DNA of 63,974 nucleotides, counting the filler, from an uncultured Gemmatimonadota bacterium (GTDB taxonomy: Bacteria > GCA-2686955): assembly GCA_964490075.1 (NCBI GenBank). It is 5 parts of 4 records of this genome, joined end to end, with 100 filler letters (N's around TTAATTAATTAA, not from the genome) between each part and the next. Parts side by side here need not be neighbours in the genome. Positions count along the whole stretch, not along the records: positions 8,068 to 9,109 come from CAZBBK010000029.1; positions 9,210 to 40,897 come from CAZBBK010000070.1; 3 more parts are not named here. One strand, 5' to 3'. Position 1 is the stretch's first letter. Every line of letters starts with the position of its first letter. Both the position numbers and the translations under genes were made by a program. This document shows positions 8,693 through 18,616 of this stretch, one piece after another. A model generated the notes under the pieces. The model was not told where the DNA came from and ran no database searches. It was given only the letters and a program-made list of their open reading frames with translations.

Positions 8693-9109
8693 GTTTCCGC
8701 GGCCGGATCCGGGGGGCGGGTTTGCCTGCGGATGGGAGACGAGCACGCTGAGCTCGGAAAGATGATGCCATATCGTGAAGGTGTCGAAACTCGCGCGAAA
8801 CCCCCTTGACGGCGACCAGATCTCGCGCCACCCTCGGGCAACTCCAACCACACCTCATCCTCAAGTCCGGTAACTTCAACGCGGTCGAGCTGGTGTTGCG
8901 CGCGAAATGTGTCGGTGGCGATCCTGAGGTCTGTGACCCCGACGCCGAATGTCCCCACAAGTACCAGAATCTGCGCGCCGATCCCAATCTGTTGGCGCTA
9001 TGCCTGGGAACCGAGCTTCGATGGGACTACGAAGCCGTGGTCTTGAACCAGGGGGAGTTCGGCAAGCGCCGCTGGCTGCGCAATCTGATCCTGGATACAG
9101 AGAAATGCT

Positions 9110-9209
9110 NNNNNNNNNNNNNNNNNNNNNNNNNNNNNNNNNNNNNNNNNNNNTTAATTAATTAANNNNNNNNNNNNNNNNNNNNNNNNNNNNNNNNNNN
9201 NNNNNNNNN
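9110..9209. other. Artificial contig spacer
   Basis: N-run containing TTAATTAATTAA. Confidence 0.99.
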
Positions 9210-9359
9210 CCTCGTCAATGAGACGGCACGGCGCTTGGCTTGCCGCGCTATATCGAAACGCCAGGTCGTTGCGCGCCCGCCGTTGTTCCCCGTCCCCCGA
9301 AGGTCTATCATCAGCGATTCACCTTCGATCTCCAGCCCTCTTACCCGCGAACCCGAACG

Positions 9360-9674
9360 ATGAACCCCTTTCTCATGGCCCCGCCCGAGGCGGCGGCGCC
9401 GAACCCGCTGGTGCAGTTTGCTCCGCTGGCGCTGATCTTCCTGGTCTTTTACTTCCTGCTGATTCGGCCGGCCAGCAAGCGGCAGAAGGCGCACGACAGC
9501 CTGCTCAAAGGGCTCGAGAAGGGCTCTCGCATCGTGACCAGCGGCGGAATCGTTGGCACGGTCGCCGCGGTGAAGGGCGATGTGGTCGCGATCAAGGTCT
9601 CCGACAAGGTCAAGATCGACGTCTTGAAGAGCAACGTGTCGCAGCTCTACAAGACCAAGGAGAGCGACGAGTAG
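9360..9674 (+). CDS. yajC: Preprotein translocase subunit YajC
   Basis: TM helix then FYFLLIRP..KRQK and L.KG..IVTSGGIVG. Confidence 0.95.
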   Translation: MNPFLMAPPEAAAPNPLVQFAPLALIFLVFYFLLIRPASKRQKAHDSLLKGLEKGSRIVTSGGIVGTVAAVKGDVVAIKVSDKVKIDVLKSNVSQLYKTKESDE

Positions 9675-9713
9675 CCGGCCGAGACGCCGGCCACGAGAAT
9701 CCGGAGCGGCGCC

Positions 9714-10226
9714 ATGGCCATCTTGAAGATCCGCACCCTCGGCGATCCGGTGCTCCGCACCCCCACCAGGCCCGTGAGCGGTGTCGATCCCGAGCTCGAG
9801 AAGCTGGTGGAGGACATGATCGACACCATGTATGCCTCCGACGGCGTCGGGCTGGCCGCCAACCAGGTCGGCGTCTCCTTGCGCCTGGCGGTCTTCGACC
9901 TGGGCTACGTGGGGGGCACCCGGGAGGAGGAGATCCTGGTGGTGATCAACCCGGAGCTGGTGGCGCAGGAGGGGAGCCAGACGGGGGAGGAGGGCTGCCT
10001 CTCGCTGCCCGGTCTGGTCGCCGACCTGGAGCGGCCGCAGGCCGTCACGATCCGGGCCACCGATCTCGAAGGCGAGGAGCGCGAGCTCACCGGCGAGGGG
10101 CTGCTGGCGCGCGCCTTCTGCCACGAGATCGAGCATCTCGACGGCAAGCTCTTCATCGACAACCTCGCTCCGGGCGAGCGCAACGCCCTGCTCCAGGAGT
10201 ATCGCACGGGGCACAGCGCCGTCTGA
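9714..10226 (+). CDS. def: Peptide deformylase
   Basis: GVGLAANQVG, EGCLS, HEIEHLDG. Confidence 0.97.
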   Translation: MAILKIRTLGDPVLRTPTRPVSGVDPELEKLVEDMIDTMYASDGVGLAANQVGVSLRLAVFDLGYVGGTREEEILVVINPELVAQEGSQTGEEGCLSLPGLVADLERPQAVTIRATDLEGEERELTGEGLLARAFCHEIEHLDGKLFIDNLAPGERNALLQEYRTGHSAV

Positions 10227-10258
10227 GGGGCAGCACGCGGGCCCCAGCGAGACCGCCG

Positions 10259-11191
10259 ATGCGAATCGTCTTCTTGGGAACGCCGGGCTTTGCCCTCCCT
10301 TCCCTGCAAGCGCTGGTCGATGCCGGCCACCAGGTGGCACTGGTCGTCACCCAGCCCGACCGACCGCGCGGTCGCGGTCAGCGCGTGCGCCGCACCGAGG
10401 TCGCCGCGCTGGCCGACCGCCTCGATCTGCCGGTGGCGCAGCCTCGGCGCGCCTCCGAGCCGGGTTTCTGCCAGCATCTGGCGAGCCTGAACGCCGATCT
10501 CTTCGTGGTGGTCGCCTACGGGCATATCCTCAAGCAGCGCCTGCTCGACATCCCACCGCTGGGATGTATCAATGCGCACGCTTCGCTGCTGCCAAGGCTG
10601 CGCGGCGCCGCGCCGATCCAGCACGCGATCTTCGGCGGCGATTCCCGCTCCGGGGTGACCACCATGATGATGGATCGCGGCATGGACTCTGGAGACTTGC
10701 TGCTGCGGCGGGAGGTGCCGATCGGGTCACGCGCCACCGCCGGGGAGCTGCACGATCTGCTCGCGCCGGTGGCGGCGGAGCTCTTGGTCGAGACCCTGGA
10801 ACGCCTCGATTCGATCACTCCGGAGCCCCAGGACCACCGGCTCGCCAGCTTCGCTCCGCGCATCGAGGCGGGCGATCTGCCTCTCGACTGGACCCTCGAC
10901 GCGGCGACCCTGGATCGTCGCGTTCGCGCCCTGGCTCCGGCGCCCGGCGCCCGGACCTGGCGCGGTGGCGAGCTGCTGAAGGTGTGGGAGGCGGAGCCCC
11001 GAGCGCAAACCGGCGCGGCCCTTGCCCCCGGCGCGCTGCTGGCGATCGACGAGGGCTGCGCGGTGCAGTGCGGCCGGGACCTTTTGCGCCTGCTGCGGGT
11101 GGGGCCCTCCGGACGTGCCCACATGCCGGCCACCGCCTACCTGCGCGGCCGTCCGCTGGAAGAGGGGGAGCGCCTGGACGCCGGCCCGTGA
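10259..11191 (+). CDS. fmt: Methionyl-tRNA formyltransferase
   Basis: MRIVFLGTPGFA, VTQPDRPRGRG, NAHASLLPRLRGAAPIQ, MDSGD. Confidence 0.97.
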   Translation: MRIVFLGTPGFALPSLQALVDAGHQVALVVTQPDRPRGRGQRVRRTEVAALADRLDLPVAQPRRASEPGFCQHLASLNADLFVVVAYGHILKQRLLDIPPLGCINAHASLLPRLRGAAPIQHAIFGGDSRSGVTTMMMDRGMDSGDLLLRREVPIGSRATAGELHDLLAPVAAELLVETLERLDSITPEPQDHRLASFAPRIEAGDLPLDWTLDAATLDRRVRALAPAPGARTWRGGELLKVWEAEPRAQTGAALAPGALLAIDEGCAVQCGRDLLRLLRVGPSGRAHMPATAYLRGRPLEEGERLDAGP

Positions 11192-11877
11192 GAGCGTCGG
11201 TGGAGCGGGCACAGCTGCACGTGATCGTGGCTCCCGAGCCCTGGCTGAAACGCGGCCCCGGGCGGCTCGCCCGGGCCGTGGCGAGCGCCGGGGCCGACTA
11301 CCTCCATCTCCGGGCCCCCGGCTGGGGCGCCCGCGCCATGCTCGAGCTGGGCGCAGAGCTGCGCGACGCGCTGGACCCCACCAGCTCGACCCGGCTGGTG
11401 GTCAACGCACGCATCGATGTCGCCGCCGCGCTCGGCATCTCGGCCCTGCAGATGCCCGAGCACTGCTTCTCTCCCGACCAGGCCCGATCGCTCGCCGGGG
11501 AGCTGCTCGACGCGCCGCGCCGCGGCTCTGGCTCCCTCGTCGTGGGCGCCTCGCGGCACAGCGCCGCGGGAGTGGCGGACGCGGTCCGGCGGGGGGCCGA
11601 CTGGATCTTCCTCGGTCATCTCTTCCCGACCCCCTCCCATCCCGGCGCCGCGGCGCTCGATGCGCGCGAGATCGAGGCCGCGCTGACGGCGGCCGAGTCG
11701 GTGCCGCTGATCGCCATCGGGGGGGTGCGGGCGGGTAGAATCGAGGAGCTGCTGAGCCGCGGCTTCGCCGGGGTGGCCGTGCAAGCCGCGGCTCTCGACG
11801 CGCCGGCCGAGGGCAGTGGCATCGCCGCAATCCGCGTCGCCCTCGATCGGGCGGCGGCCGAGAGAGAGCGCACATGA
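11188..11877 (+). CDS. tenI: Thiamine phosphate synthase-fold protein, most like thiazole tautomerase TenI
   Basis: LHVI, DYLHLR, NARID (ThiE has ND), LQMPEHCFSPDQAR and GHLF parallel B. subtilis TenI (LHAI, DFIHIR, NGRVD, VQLPSGSFSPKQIR, GHVF). Confidence 0.65.
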   Translation: MRASVERAQLHVIVAPEPWLKRGPGRLARAVASAGADYLHLRAPGWGARAMLELGAELRDALDPTSSTRLVVNARIDVAAALGISALQMPEHCFSPDQARSLAGELLDAPRRGSGSLVVGASRHSAAGVADAVRRGADWIFLGHLFPTPSHPGAAALDAREIEAALTAAESVPLIAIGGVRAGRIEELLSRGFAGVAVQAAALDAPAEGSGIAAIRVALDRAAAERERT

Positions 11878-12074
11878 AGCTGCAGATGAACGGCCGCACC
11901 TTGGAGGTGCCCGAGGGGATCTCGGTCGAGGCCTTGCTGCGCGAGCGGCGCATCGATCCCGCCACCGCAGTGGTGGAGCACAACCGCCGGGTGCTGAGCG
12001 CCGACGCGCTGCCCAGCACCCTCCTGGCCGCGGGAGACGAGCTCGAGGTGGTGCGCTTTGTCGGCGGTGGATGA
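11874..12074 (+). CDS. thiS: Sulfur carrier protein ThiS
   Basis: 66 aa, ends EVVRFVGGG. Confidence 0.95.
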   Translation: MKLQMNGRTLEVPEGISVEALLRERRIDPATAVVEHNRRVLSADALPSTLLAAGDELEVVRFVGGG

Positions 12075-13086
12075 TCGCCACCGGCGCCAGGTGCGTTTCG
12101 CGCGCTTCGGAGCCGAGGGACAGGCGCGTCTCGCCGCCGCCAGCGTGGCGGTGGTCGGCTGCGGCGCCACCGGGGGTGCGGCGGCGGAGCTGCTCGCCCG
12201 TGCCGGCGCGGGGCGCCTGATTCTGATCGATCGCGACATCGTGGCCCTCGACAACCTGCATCGCCAGGTGCTCTTCGAAGAGTCGGACGCGCGCCAGGGG
12301 CGCCCCAAGGCGATCGCCGGCGCCGAGTATCTCCGGCGTTTGAGCTCCGGCACGCGGATCGAGCCGGCCGCCACCCATCTCGATACCGACAACATCGATC
12401 GCCTGCTGCGCGGCACCGACCTCGTCGTCGACGGCACCGACAACGTCTCGACCCGCTTTCTGCTCAACGACTGGTGTTTCGAGCGCGTCGTGCCCTGGAT
12501 CTACGTCGGCGCCGTCGGCGGCGAAGGGATGCTGCTGCCGATCGTGCCTCCCGAGGGGCCCTGCCTGCGCTGCCTGCTGCCCGAGCCGCCGCCTCCCGGC
12601 ACCCTGGCCACCTGCGACACCGCGGGCGTGCTGGGGCCGGTGCCCCCGGCGATGGGGGCGATGGCGGCGCTCGAGGCGATGAAGATCCTCGCCGGCCCGC
12701 TCTCGCCCGGAGCTCGCAAGCTGCGGACCATCGACTTCTGGGACTGGCGGGTGCGCACCATCGAGCTCCCGGCGCGCCCCGACTGTCCCTGCTGCCGCCG
12801 AGGGGAAAGGGAGTTCCTGCACGCGGCCCGCGGCACCAAGGTCGTCGAGCTCTGCGGGCGCGACACCCACCAGGTGCTGCCGCCGGGAGGCACCGCGCTC
12901 GACCTGGCCGAGCTCGCGCGGCGTCTCGAGGGCGAGGGCGAGCAGCGTCTCGCCCCGCGGCTCTTCCTGCGCCTGGAGCTGGACGCGGAGCGTATGACGA
13001 TCTTCCCCGACGGCAGAGCGCTGGTCGAGGGAGCCGGCAATGGCGATCGGGCACGAGCCCTGTACGATCGTTACGTCGGCACCTGA
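12067..13086 (+). CDS. thiF: ThiF/MoeB-family adenylyltransferase
   Basis: VGCGATG, DRDIV..NLHRQ, DGTDN, CLRC, TCDTAGVLGP, CPCC. Confidence 0.9.
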   Translation: MDDRHRRQVRFARFGAEGQARLAAASVAVVGCGATGGAAAELLARAGAGRLILIDRDIVALDNLHRQVLFEESDARQGRPKAIAGAEYLRRLSSGTRIEPAATHLDTDNIDRLLRGTDLVVDGTDNVSTRFLLNDWCFERVVPWIYVGAVGGEGMLLPIVPPEGPCLRCLLPEPPPPGTLATCDTAGVLGPVPPAMGAMAALEAMKILAGPLSPGARKLRTIDFWDWRVRTIELPARPDCPCCRRGEREFLHAARGTKVVELCGRDTHQVLPPGGTALDLAELARRLEGEGEQRLAPRLFLRLELDAERMTIFPDGRALVEGAGNGDRARALYDRYVGT

Positions 13087-13102
13087 TCCTGGAAGTGGAG
13101 TC

Positions 13103-15667
13103 ATGAAGAGAGTTGGTTTCATTGTCTCCAGCGCGCTGGCGGCGGTCGCCGTCGTCGCGCTCGTGCTGCTGTTGCATGGCGGGCACGACGCCCCGCGCAT
13201 CTCGGGCGCGCTCCAAGCGCTCGACACCTGGGCGGCGGCCCGCGCCTACCCGGGGCGAACCATTCCGGCCCTCGGCCACTACCAGGCGTTTCGTGCCGCG
13301 CGTGCCGCGCGGCCTCGATCGGCGGCGCCCATGGTGCCGCCCTGGACGCCGATCGGTCCCCACAATATCGGCGGCCGGACCCTCGCTCTGGCCCTCGATC
13401 CCGACGATCGGAATCGGCTCTACGCCGGCTCCGCGGTAGGCGGCCTGTGGGTGAGCGAAAGCGCCGGTGTGGGCGCCGACGCCTGGGATCTCGTCCCCAC
13501 CGGATACCCCGTGCTGGCGGTCAGCTCCATCGCCATCGAGCCCGGCGACGCCTCGGTGATCTACGTCGGCACCGGCGAGGTCTACGCCTACCAGGACAGC
13601 GGGGGGGGAATCTCGGTGCGCACCACCCGCGGCAGCTACGGCATCGGCATCCTGAAGTCGACCGATCGCGGCGCCTCCTGGTCCCCCTCGCTCGACTGGA
13701 CCCGCAGCCAGGAGCGCGGCGTGTGGGCGGTCGAGATCGACCCGCTCGACCCCGACGTGGTCTGGGCGGCCACCACCGAAGGCTGCTACAAATCGCTCGA
13801 CGCGGGCGCATCCTGGACCCGGGTGCACGATGTGATCATGGCGATGGACCTCGAGATCCATCCCCTCGATCCCGACATCGTGCTCCTCGCCTGCGGCAAT
13901 CTCGGCAGCGCCGGCCATGGCATCTACCGGACCACCGACGGCGGCGCTTCGTGGACCCATCTGACCGACGGACTGCCGCCCAGCTTCGGCGGCAAGATCT
14001 GGCTCGACCTGGTCGAGAGCGCCCCACAGACCATCTACGCCAGCATCGGCAACGGCACCGCCCACGGCGACGGCACCTGGCTGTGCCGCAGCGACGACGG
14101 CGGCGACCACTGGCAGGTGGTCAACACCGAGGACTACGCCACCTACCAGGGCTGGTTCGCGCACCTGGTGCTGGCGGACCCGCGGAACCCCGAGCGGCTG
14201 GTGGTCGGCGGGGTCGACCTGTGGACCTCGGACGACGGCGGCGCCACACTCACCCAGCGCTCCTACTGGTGGAACTGGGAGTTCGGGCGCACGCCGGCCG
14301 GCGGTCCGGAGGGACCGGAGGACTACTCGCACGCCGACCATCACTTCGCGCTGCGCGATCCCGTCGATCCGGAGCGGATCTTCTTCGCCAACGACGGCGG
14401 CGTGTTCCGCTCCACCGACGGCGGAATGACTTTCGCCGGGATCAACGGCGGCTATCAAACGACACAGTTCTATCCCGGCTTCTCGTGTGCGGCGGACGAT
14501 TCGGCCTTCGCGATCGGCGGCATGCAGGACAACGCCACGGCGATCTACGACGGCAGCCTGGAGTGGATTCGCGTGCTCGGCGCCGACGGCGCCTGGACGG
14601 CGATCGACCCCACCGACCACGAAAATCTGTACGGATCAGTACAGTTCCTCGGCATCTACGCCTCGACCGACGCCGGCGAGTCCTGGGCCTGGACCGCGCC
14701 CCCGTGGCGACCCAATACCGGTTTCATCGCGCCCTTCGCGATCTCATTCGACGAGCCGAGCATCCTCTACGCCGGCTCCGATCTGATCTACCGGACCACC
14801 AGCGGCGGATCGGACTGGATCGCCACCAACGGCGGCATGGCGCTCGACGGCAACCCAGCGTTGAGTCTTGCGGTCGCGCGTCACGACGCCGACGTCGTCT
14901 ATGCGACCACCGCACCGGTCTACGGGGCTCCGGGCGTCTTCGTGACCACCAACGGCGGGGAGTCCTGGACCGACATCGGCGCCGACCTGCCGGATCGCTA
15001 TCCGATGGACGTGGCGATCGATCCCCTCGATGACGCGCGCGCTTATGTCGCCTTCTCGGGGTTCGGCAGCTCCCACCTGTTCAAGACCGAGGACCGCGGG
15101 GGCACCTGGAGCGACCTAGGCGCGATTTTGCCGGATGTTCCTACCTCGGCGGTGGTGGTCGATCCGCTGGCGACCGATCAGCTCTATGTCGGCAACGACC
15201 TGGGTGTCTATCTGTCGCTGGATGGTGGGGCCAGCTGGGCGGAGTTCTCCGAGGGCTTACCGGATGCCGTGATCGTGCTCGACCTGACGCTCTCGGAGCT
15301 GAATCGTACGTTGCGGGTAGCGACCCACGGGAATGGTGTCTTCGAGCGGCGGCTGGTGGCACCTGGCACCGAGGTAGGGGGGGGCGCGCCGGTGCCCGAG
15401 GCCCGCGTCGCGCGCCTGGCGCAGAACCGTCCGAATCCCTTCAACCCACTCACCACGATCCGCTATTGGATCGGCGCCCCGGAAGCAGTCCGGATCGAGG
15501 TCTACGACCTCTCCGGGCGCCGCGTCCGCACCCTGGTCGACGAGGCTCGGGCGGCCGGCGAGCACAGCGTGCGCTTCGATGCTTCGGGCCTGGCGAGCGG
15601 CACCTACATCTACCGGCTGCGCGCCGGAGAGAGGGAGATCGAGCGCCGCATGCTGCTTCTGAAGTGA
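13103..15667 (+). CDS. Secreted BNR/Asp-box beta-propeller protein with C-terminal T9SS type A / FlgD-Ig sorting domain
   Basis: N-terminal hydrophobic leader, many S/TxDxGxSW repeats, tail LAQNRPNPFNPLTTIRY...VYDLSGRRVRTL...LASGTYIYRL...MLLLK. Confidence 0.88.
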   Translation: MKRVGFIVSSALAAVAVVALVLLLHGGHDAPRISGALQALDTWAAARAYPGRTIPALGHYQAFRAARAARPRSAAPMVPPWTPIGPHNIGGRTLALALDPDDRNRLYAGSAVGGLWVSESAGVGADAWDLVPTGYPVLAVSSIAIEPGDASVIYVGTGEVYAYQDSGGGISVRTTRGSYGIGILKSTDRGASWSPSLDWTRSQERGVWAVEIDPLDPDVVWAATTEGCYKSLDAGASWTRVHDVIMAMDLEIHPLDPDIVLLACGNLGSAGHGIYRTTDGGASWTHLTDGLPPSFGGKIWLDLVESAPQTIYASIGNGTAHGDGTWLCRSDDGGDHWQVVNTEDYATYQGWFAHLVLADPRNPERLVVGGVDLWTSDDGGATLTQRSYWWNWEFGRTPAGGPEGPEDYSHADHHFALRDPVDPERIFFANDGGVFRSTDGGMTFAGINGGYQTTQFYPGFSCAADDSAFAIGGMQDNATAIYDGSLEWIRVLGADGAWTAIDPTDHENLYGSVQFLGIYASTDAGESWAWTAPPWRPNTGFIAPFAISFDEPSILYAGSDLIYRTTSGGSDWIATNGGMALDGNPALSLAVARHDADVVYATTAPVYGAPGVFVTTNGGESWTDIGADLPDRYPMDVAIDPLDDARAYVAFSGFGSSHLFKTEDRGGTWSDLGAILPDVPTSAVVVDPLATDQLYVGNDLGVYLSLDGGASWAEFSEGLPDAVIVLDLTLSELNRTLRVATHGNGVFERRLVAPGTEVGGGAPVPEARVARLAQNRPNPFNPLTTIRYWIGAPEAVRIEVYDLSGRRVRTLVDEARAAGEHSVRFDASGLASGTYIYRLRAGEREIERRMLLLK

Positions 15668-15746
15668 GTGCCGCCCCGGCCTCCCGATCTGTTCTACTCT
15701 TTCGCTTGGCGAGCGGCCGCAGAGCTCTTCCCAACGGAGAATCCCC

Positions 15747-16526
15747 ATGGACGACGTCCTCAAGATCGGCGATCACATCTTCCATTCGCGACTGATCGTC
15801 GGCACCGGCAAGTTCAGCGATGCCGACACCATGGTGCGCGCCCACGAAGCGGCGGGTGCGGAGATGGTGACCGTGGCGGTGCGCCGCGTCGATCTCGACA
15901 ATCCCGAGCGCGAGGCGCACTGGTTCGACCGCATCGACCGCACACGCTACACCATTCTGCCCAATACCGCCGGCGCCTACACCGCCGAGGAGGCGATCCG
16001 CATCGCCCACCTGGCCCGCGCCGCTGGTCTGGGCGACTTGATCAAACTGGAGGTGCTGGGCGATGAGCGCACCCTGCTGCCCGACGTGCATCAGCTCCTG
16101 ACCGCATGCGAGGTCCTGGTCGCCGAGGGCTTCACGGTGCTGGCCTACACCAGCGACGATCTGATCACCGCGCGCCGTCTGGAAGAGCTTGGCGTGGCCG
16201 CCGTCATGCCCCTGGCATCGCCGATCGGATCGGGGCGGGGAGTGCTCAATCCCTTGCCGATTCGCTTCATTCGCGAAGCGATCTCGGTCCCCTTGATCGT
16301 CGACGCCGGAGTCGGCACCGCATCGCACGCCGCCGAGGCGATGGAGCTGGGAATCGATGGGATCCTGATGAACACGGCGCTGGCACTGGCCGCCGACCCG
16401 CCGCGCATGGCGCGGGCGATGCGTCTCGCCGTCGAGGCCGGCCGCGAGGCATTCCTGGCCGGCCGGATGCCCGAGAAGGACTACGGCGACCCGTCCTCCC
16501 CGACGCAGGGTGTTCCGGGGAAGTGA
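15747..16526 (+). CDS. thiG: Thiazole synthase
   Basis: SRLIVGTGK, LPNTAG, IKLEV (catalytic K), MPLASPIGSG, VDAGVG, AMELG. Confidence 0.97.
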   Translation: MDDVLKIGDHIFHSRLIVGTGKFSDADTMVRAHEAAGAEMVTVAVRRVDLDNPEREAHWFDRIDRTRYTILPNTAGAYTAEEAIRIAHLARAAGLGDLIKLEVLGDERTLLPDVHQLLTACEVLVAEGFTVLAYTSDDLITARRLEELGVAAVMPLASPIGSGRGVLNPLPIRFIREAISVPLIVDAGVGTASHAAEAMELGIDGILMNTALALAADPPRMARAMRLAVEAGREAFLAGRMPEKDYGDPSSPTQGVPGK

Positions 16527-17875
16527 CCGGGCCGCGGGATCCGCGTGATCGCGCGCTGGAGCTGCTCGGCGCCTGGGAGCGGGGGGAGGGTTTCGCCGAC
16601 CAACTCCTCGACGCGGCCCAGGGCGAGATCGAGCCCGGCCAGCGAGCGCTGGTGCGGGAGCTGCTCTACGGCACGATTCGCCGTCGCCGCGGGCTCGACT
16701 ATGTGCTGCGCAAGGTCTGCCACCGCGATCCGCGGGGGTTGACGCCGGCGCTGCGCAACATCCTGCGCATCGGCGCCTACCAGTTGCTCCACCTGGACCG
16801 AGTGCCGGACGCGCTGGCGGTCGACGCCGCGGTGCGCCAGGTCCATGCTCGCGAAGGGGGCAAGAAGAAGGCGGGCTTCGTCAACGCCGTGCTGCGCTCG
16901 ATCGCCCGCAGCGGCCCTCCACCGCTCCCCAGCGCCCCCTTCGAGCGCCTCGGCATCGCCAGCTCGCATCCCGACTGGCTGGTTCGGCGCTGGGTCGCCG
17001 AGCACGGGCGGCGCACGGCGAGCATCATGCTGGAATGGCACAACCAGGTGCCGCCGACCGTGCTGGCCCCCAATCCGTTGCGCCTCGATCCCGGCGAAGA
17101 CCTGGCGGGCACCCTGGCCGGAGAAGGGGTCGCGACCCGCCCGGCGGCGCTGCTCCCGGGCTACCTGGTGGCCGACTCGATGCCCGGGCTCACCGATCTG
17201 CCCAGCTTCCGGAGCGGCCGCTTCTACGTGCAGGACGAATCGGCGGGGCTCTTCACCCGCGCCGCCGAGCGGCCGCCGGGGCCGGCTCTGGATGCCTGCG
17301 CGGCACCGGGGGGCAAGGCGATGGGCCTGGCGATCGCGGGAGGCGACGGTGAGGCGGTGGTGGCCCTCGATCGCAGCGCGGCGCGCATCGGGCGACTGAG
17401 ACAGAACCGGCTCCGCACCGGCCTCTCTTCGATTCGGCCCATGCTGGGAGACGCGCGGCGACTTCCTCTGGCCGGAAGCGTATCCTTGGTCTTTCTGGAT
17501 GCACCCTGCTCGGGAACCGGGGTGCTGCGGCGCCGGCCCGATCTGCGCTGGCGATTGCAGCCCGAGCAGATCGAGGCGTTGGTCCGGCTCCAGAACGAGC
17601 TGCTCGACGCGCTCGCCGAGCGGGTGGTGCGCGGCGGCACCCTGGTCTACTCCACCTGCTCGATCGAACCCGAGGAGAACCGCGGCGTGGTACAGGCATT
17701 TCTCGACCGCCGGCCCGATTTCGAGGCGATCGATGTGCACGACGCGCGCCTGCACGCCCTGCACGGCGAGCGCGGCGGACTGGGCGCAGATCCGGGGGCG
17801 TTGCTGCTGCCGGCGGTCTACGAGACCGATGGCGGCTACGCGGCGGTGCTGCGCCGGAAGAGCGGAAGGGGGTAG
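16523..17875 (+). CDS. rsmB: 16S rRNA m5C967 methyltransferase
   Basis: NusB-like N-terminus (GFVNAVLR), SHPDWLV, VQDES, DACAAPGGK, DAPCSGTG, YSTCS. Confidence 0.93.
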   Translation: MTGPRDPRDRALELLGAWERGEGFADQLLDAAQGEIEPGQRALVRELLYGTIRRRRGLDYVLRKVCHRDPRGLTPALRNILRIGAYQLLHLDRVPDALAVDAAVRQVHAREGGKKKAGFVNAVLRSIARSGPPPLPSAPFERLGIASSHPDWLVRRWVAEHGRRTASIMLEWHNQVPPTVLAPNPLRLDPGEDLAGTLAGEGVATRPAALLPGYLVADSMPGLTDLPSFRSGRFYVQDESAGLFTRAAERPPGPALDACAAPGGKAMGLAIAGGDGEAVVALDRSAARIGRLRQNRLRTGLSSIRPMLGDARRLPLAGSVSLVFLDAPCSGTGVLRRRPDLRWRLQPEQIEALVRLQNELLDALAERVVRGGTLVYSTCSIEPEENRGVVQAFLDRRPDFEAIDVHDARLHALHGERGGLGADPGALLLPAVYETDGGYAAVLRRKSGRG

Positions 17876-17877
17876 TC

Positions 17878-18594
17878 GTGCCACGCTTCTTGGTGCTTCT
17901 CAGCGTCGCTCTGGTGGCCTTTCTCGCCGGCTTTTTCGCGATCACGGAGCTGCTCCTGCCGCGGGTGGTCGGCCAGGGCCAGGAGGTGGCGGTGCCGGGT
18001 GTGGTCGGCGAGACGCGCGAGGAGGCACTTTTTGAGCTCCAGGGCGCCGGGCTGCGCGGCGAGGTGCGCCTGGAGCGCTTCGACCTCGAGTACCCCGCGG
18101 GAACCATCCTGGCCCAGGACCCGCGCCAGGGGTCGATGGTCAAGGTCGGCCGCCGGGTCTCGCTGACCCTCAGCCGCGGTGCGGAGCAGGCGGTGGTGCC
18201 CGCCCTCGGCGGACGGACCGAACGCCAGGCGCGCCTCGATCTGGCCGCCGCCGGCCTGGAATTGGGCGACGTGCTCTACCTGCGCGCCGTTGCCGTGGGG
18301 AGCGGCAAGGTCCTGGCGACCGCGCCGGGGGCCGGCAGCGCCGCCGCCAAGGGGACGGCGGTCGACCTGCTGGTGAACCAGGGGGCGGCCCCGGTTGGCT
18401 TCGTGATGCCGGATCTGCGCGGGCATCGCTATGATGACGTGCAGCGGCTGCTCTCGAGCCACGGCTTCCGAGTAGAACGGGCCCGCTACGTGGGCGGCGG
18501 CTTGGGGGTCGAGCGAGTGACGGCTCAGGATCCCGAGCCCGGGGCACGGGTGGTGGCCGGAGATCGGGTCTCGCTCTCGGTCAGCGGTGGATAA
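17878..18594 (+). CDS. Membrane-anchored protein with three PASTA domains
   Basis: TM helix then VPGVVG / VPALGG / MPDLRG repeats with Q-x-P-x-G ends. Usual rsmB-PASTA-rpe context. Confidence 0.9.
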   Translation: MPRFLVLLSVALVAFLAGFFAITELLLPRVVGQGQEVAVPGVVGETREEALFELQGAGLRGEVRLERFDLEYPAGTILAQDPRQGSMVKVGRRVSLTLSRGAEQAVVPALGGRTERQARLDLAAAGLELGDVLYLRAVAVGSGKVLATAPGAGSAAAKGTAVDLLVNQGAAPVGFVMPDLRGHRYDDVQRLLSSHGFRVERARYVGGGLGVERVTAQDPEPGARVVAGDRVSLSVSGG

Positions 18595-18616
18595 GGGTCC
18601 ACCGAAAAGGAGAACG

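Noticed and set aside
8760..9109. Possible coding fragment at the contig end
   Set aside because: It looks protein-like but has no clear start or family motif and is truncated, so it could not be called.
9224..9243. Sigma54 promoter upstream of yajC
   Set aside because: GGCAC is present but the -12 position is GG, not GC.
13081..13100. TPP riboswitch in the thi cluster (ACCTGATC)
   Set aside because: There is no CTGAGA element or room for the aptamer, and the match overlaps the thiF stop.
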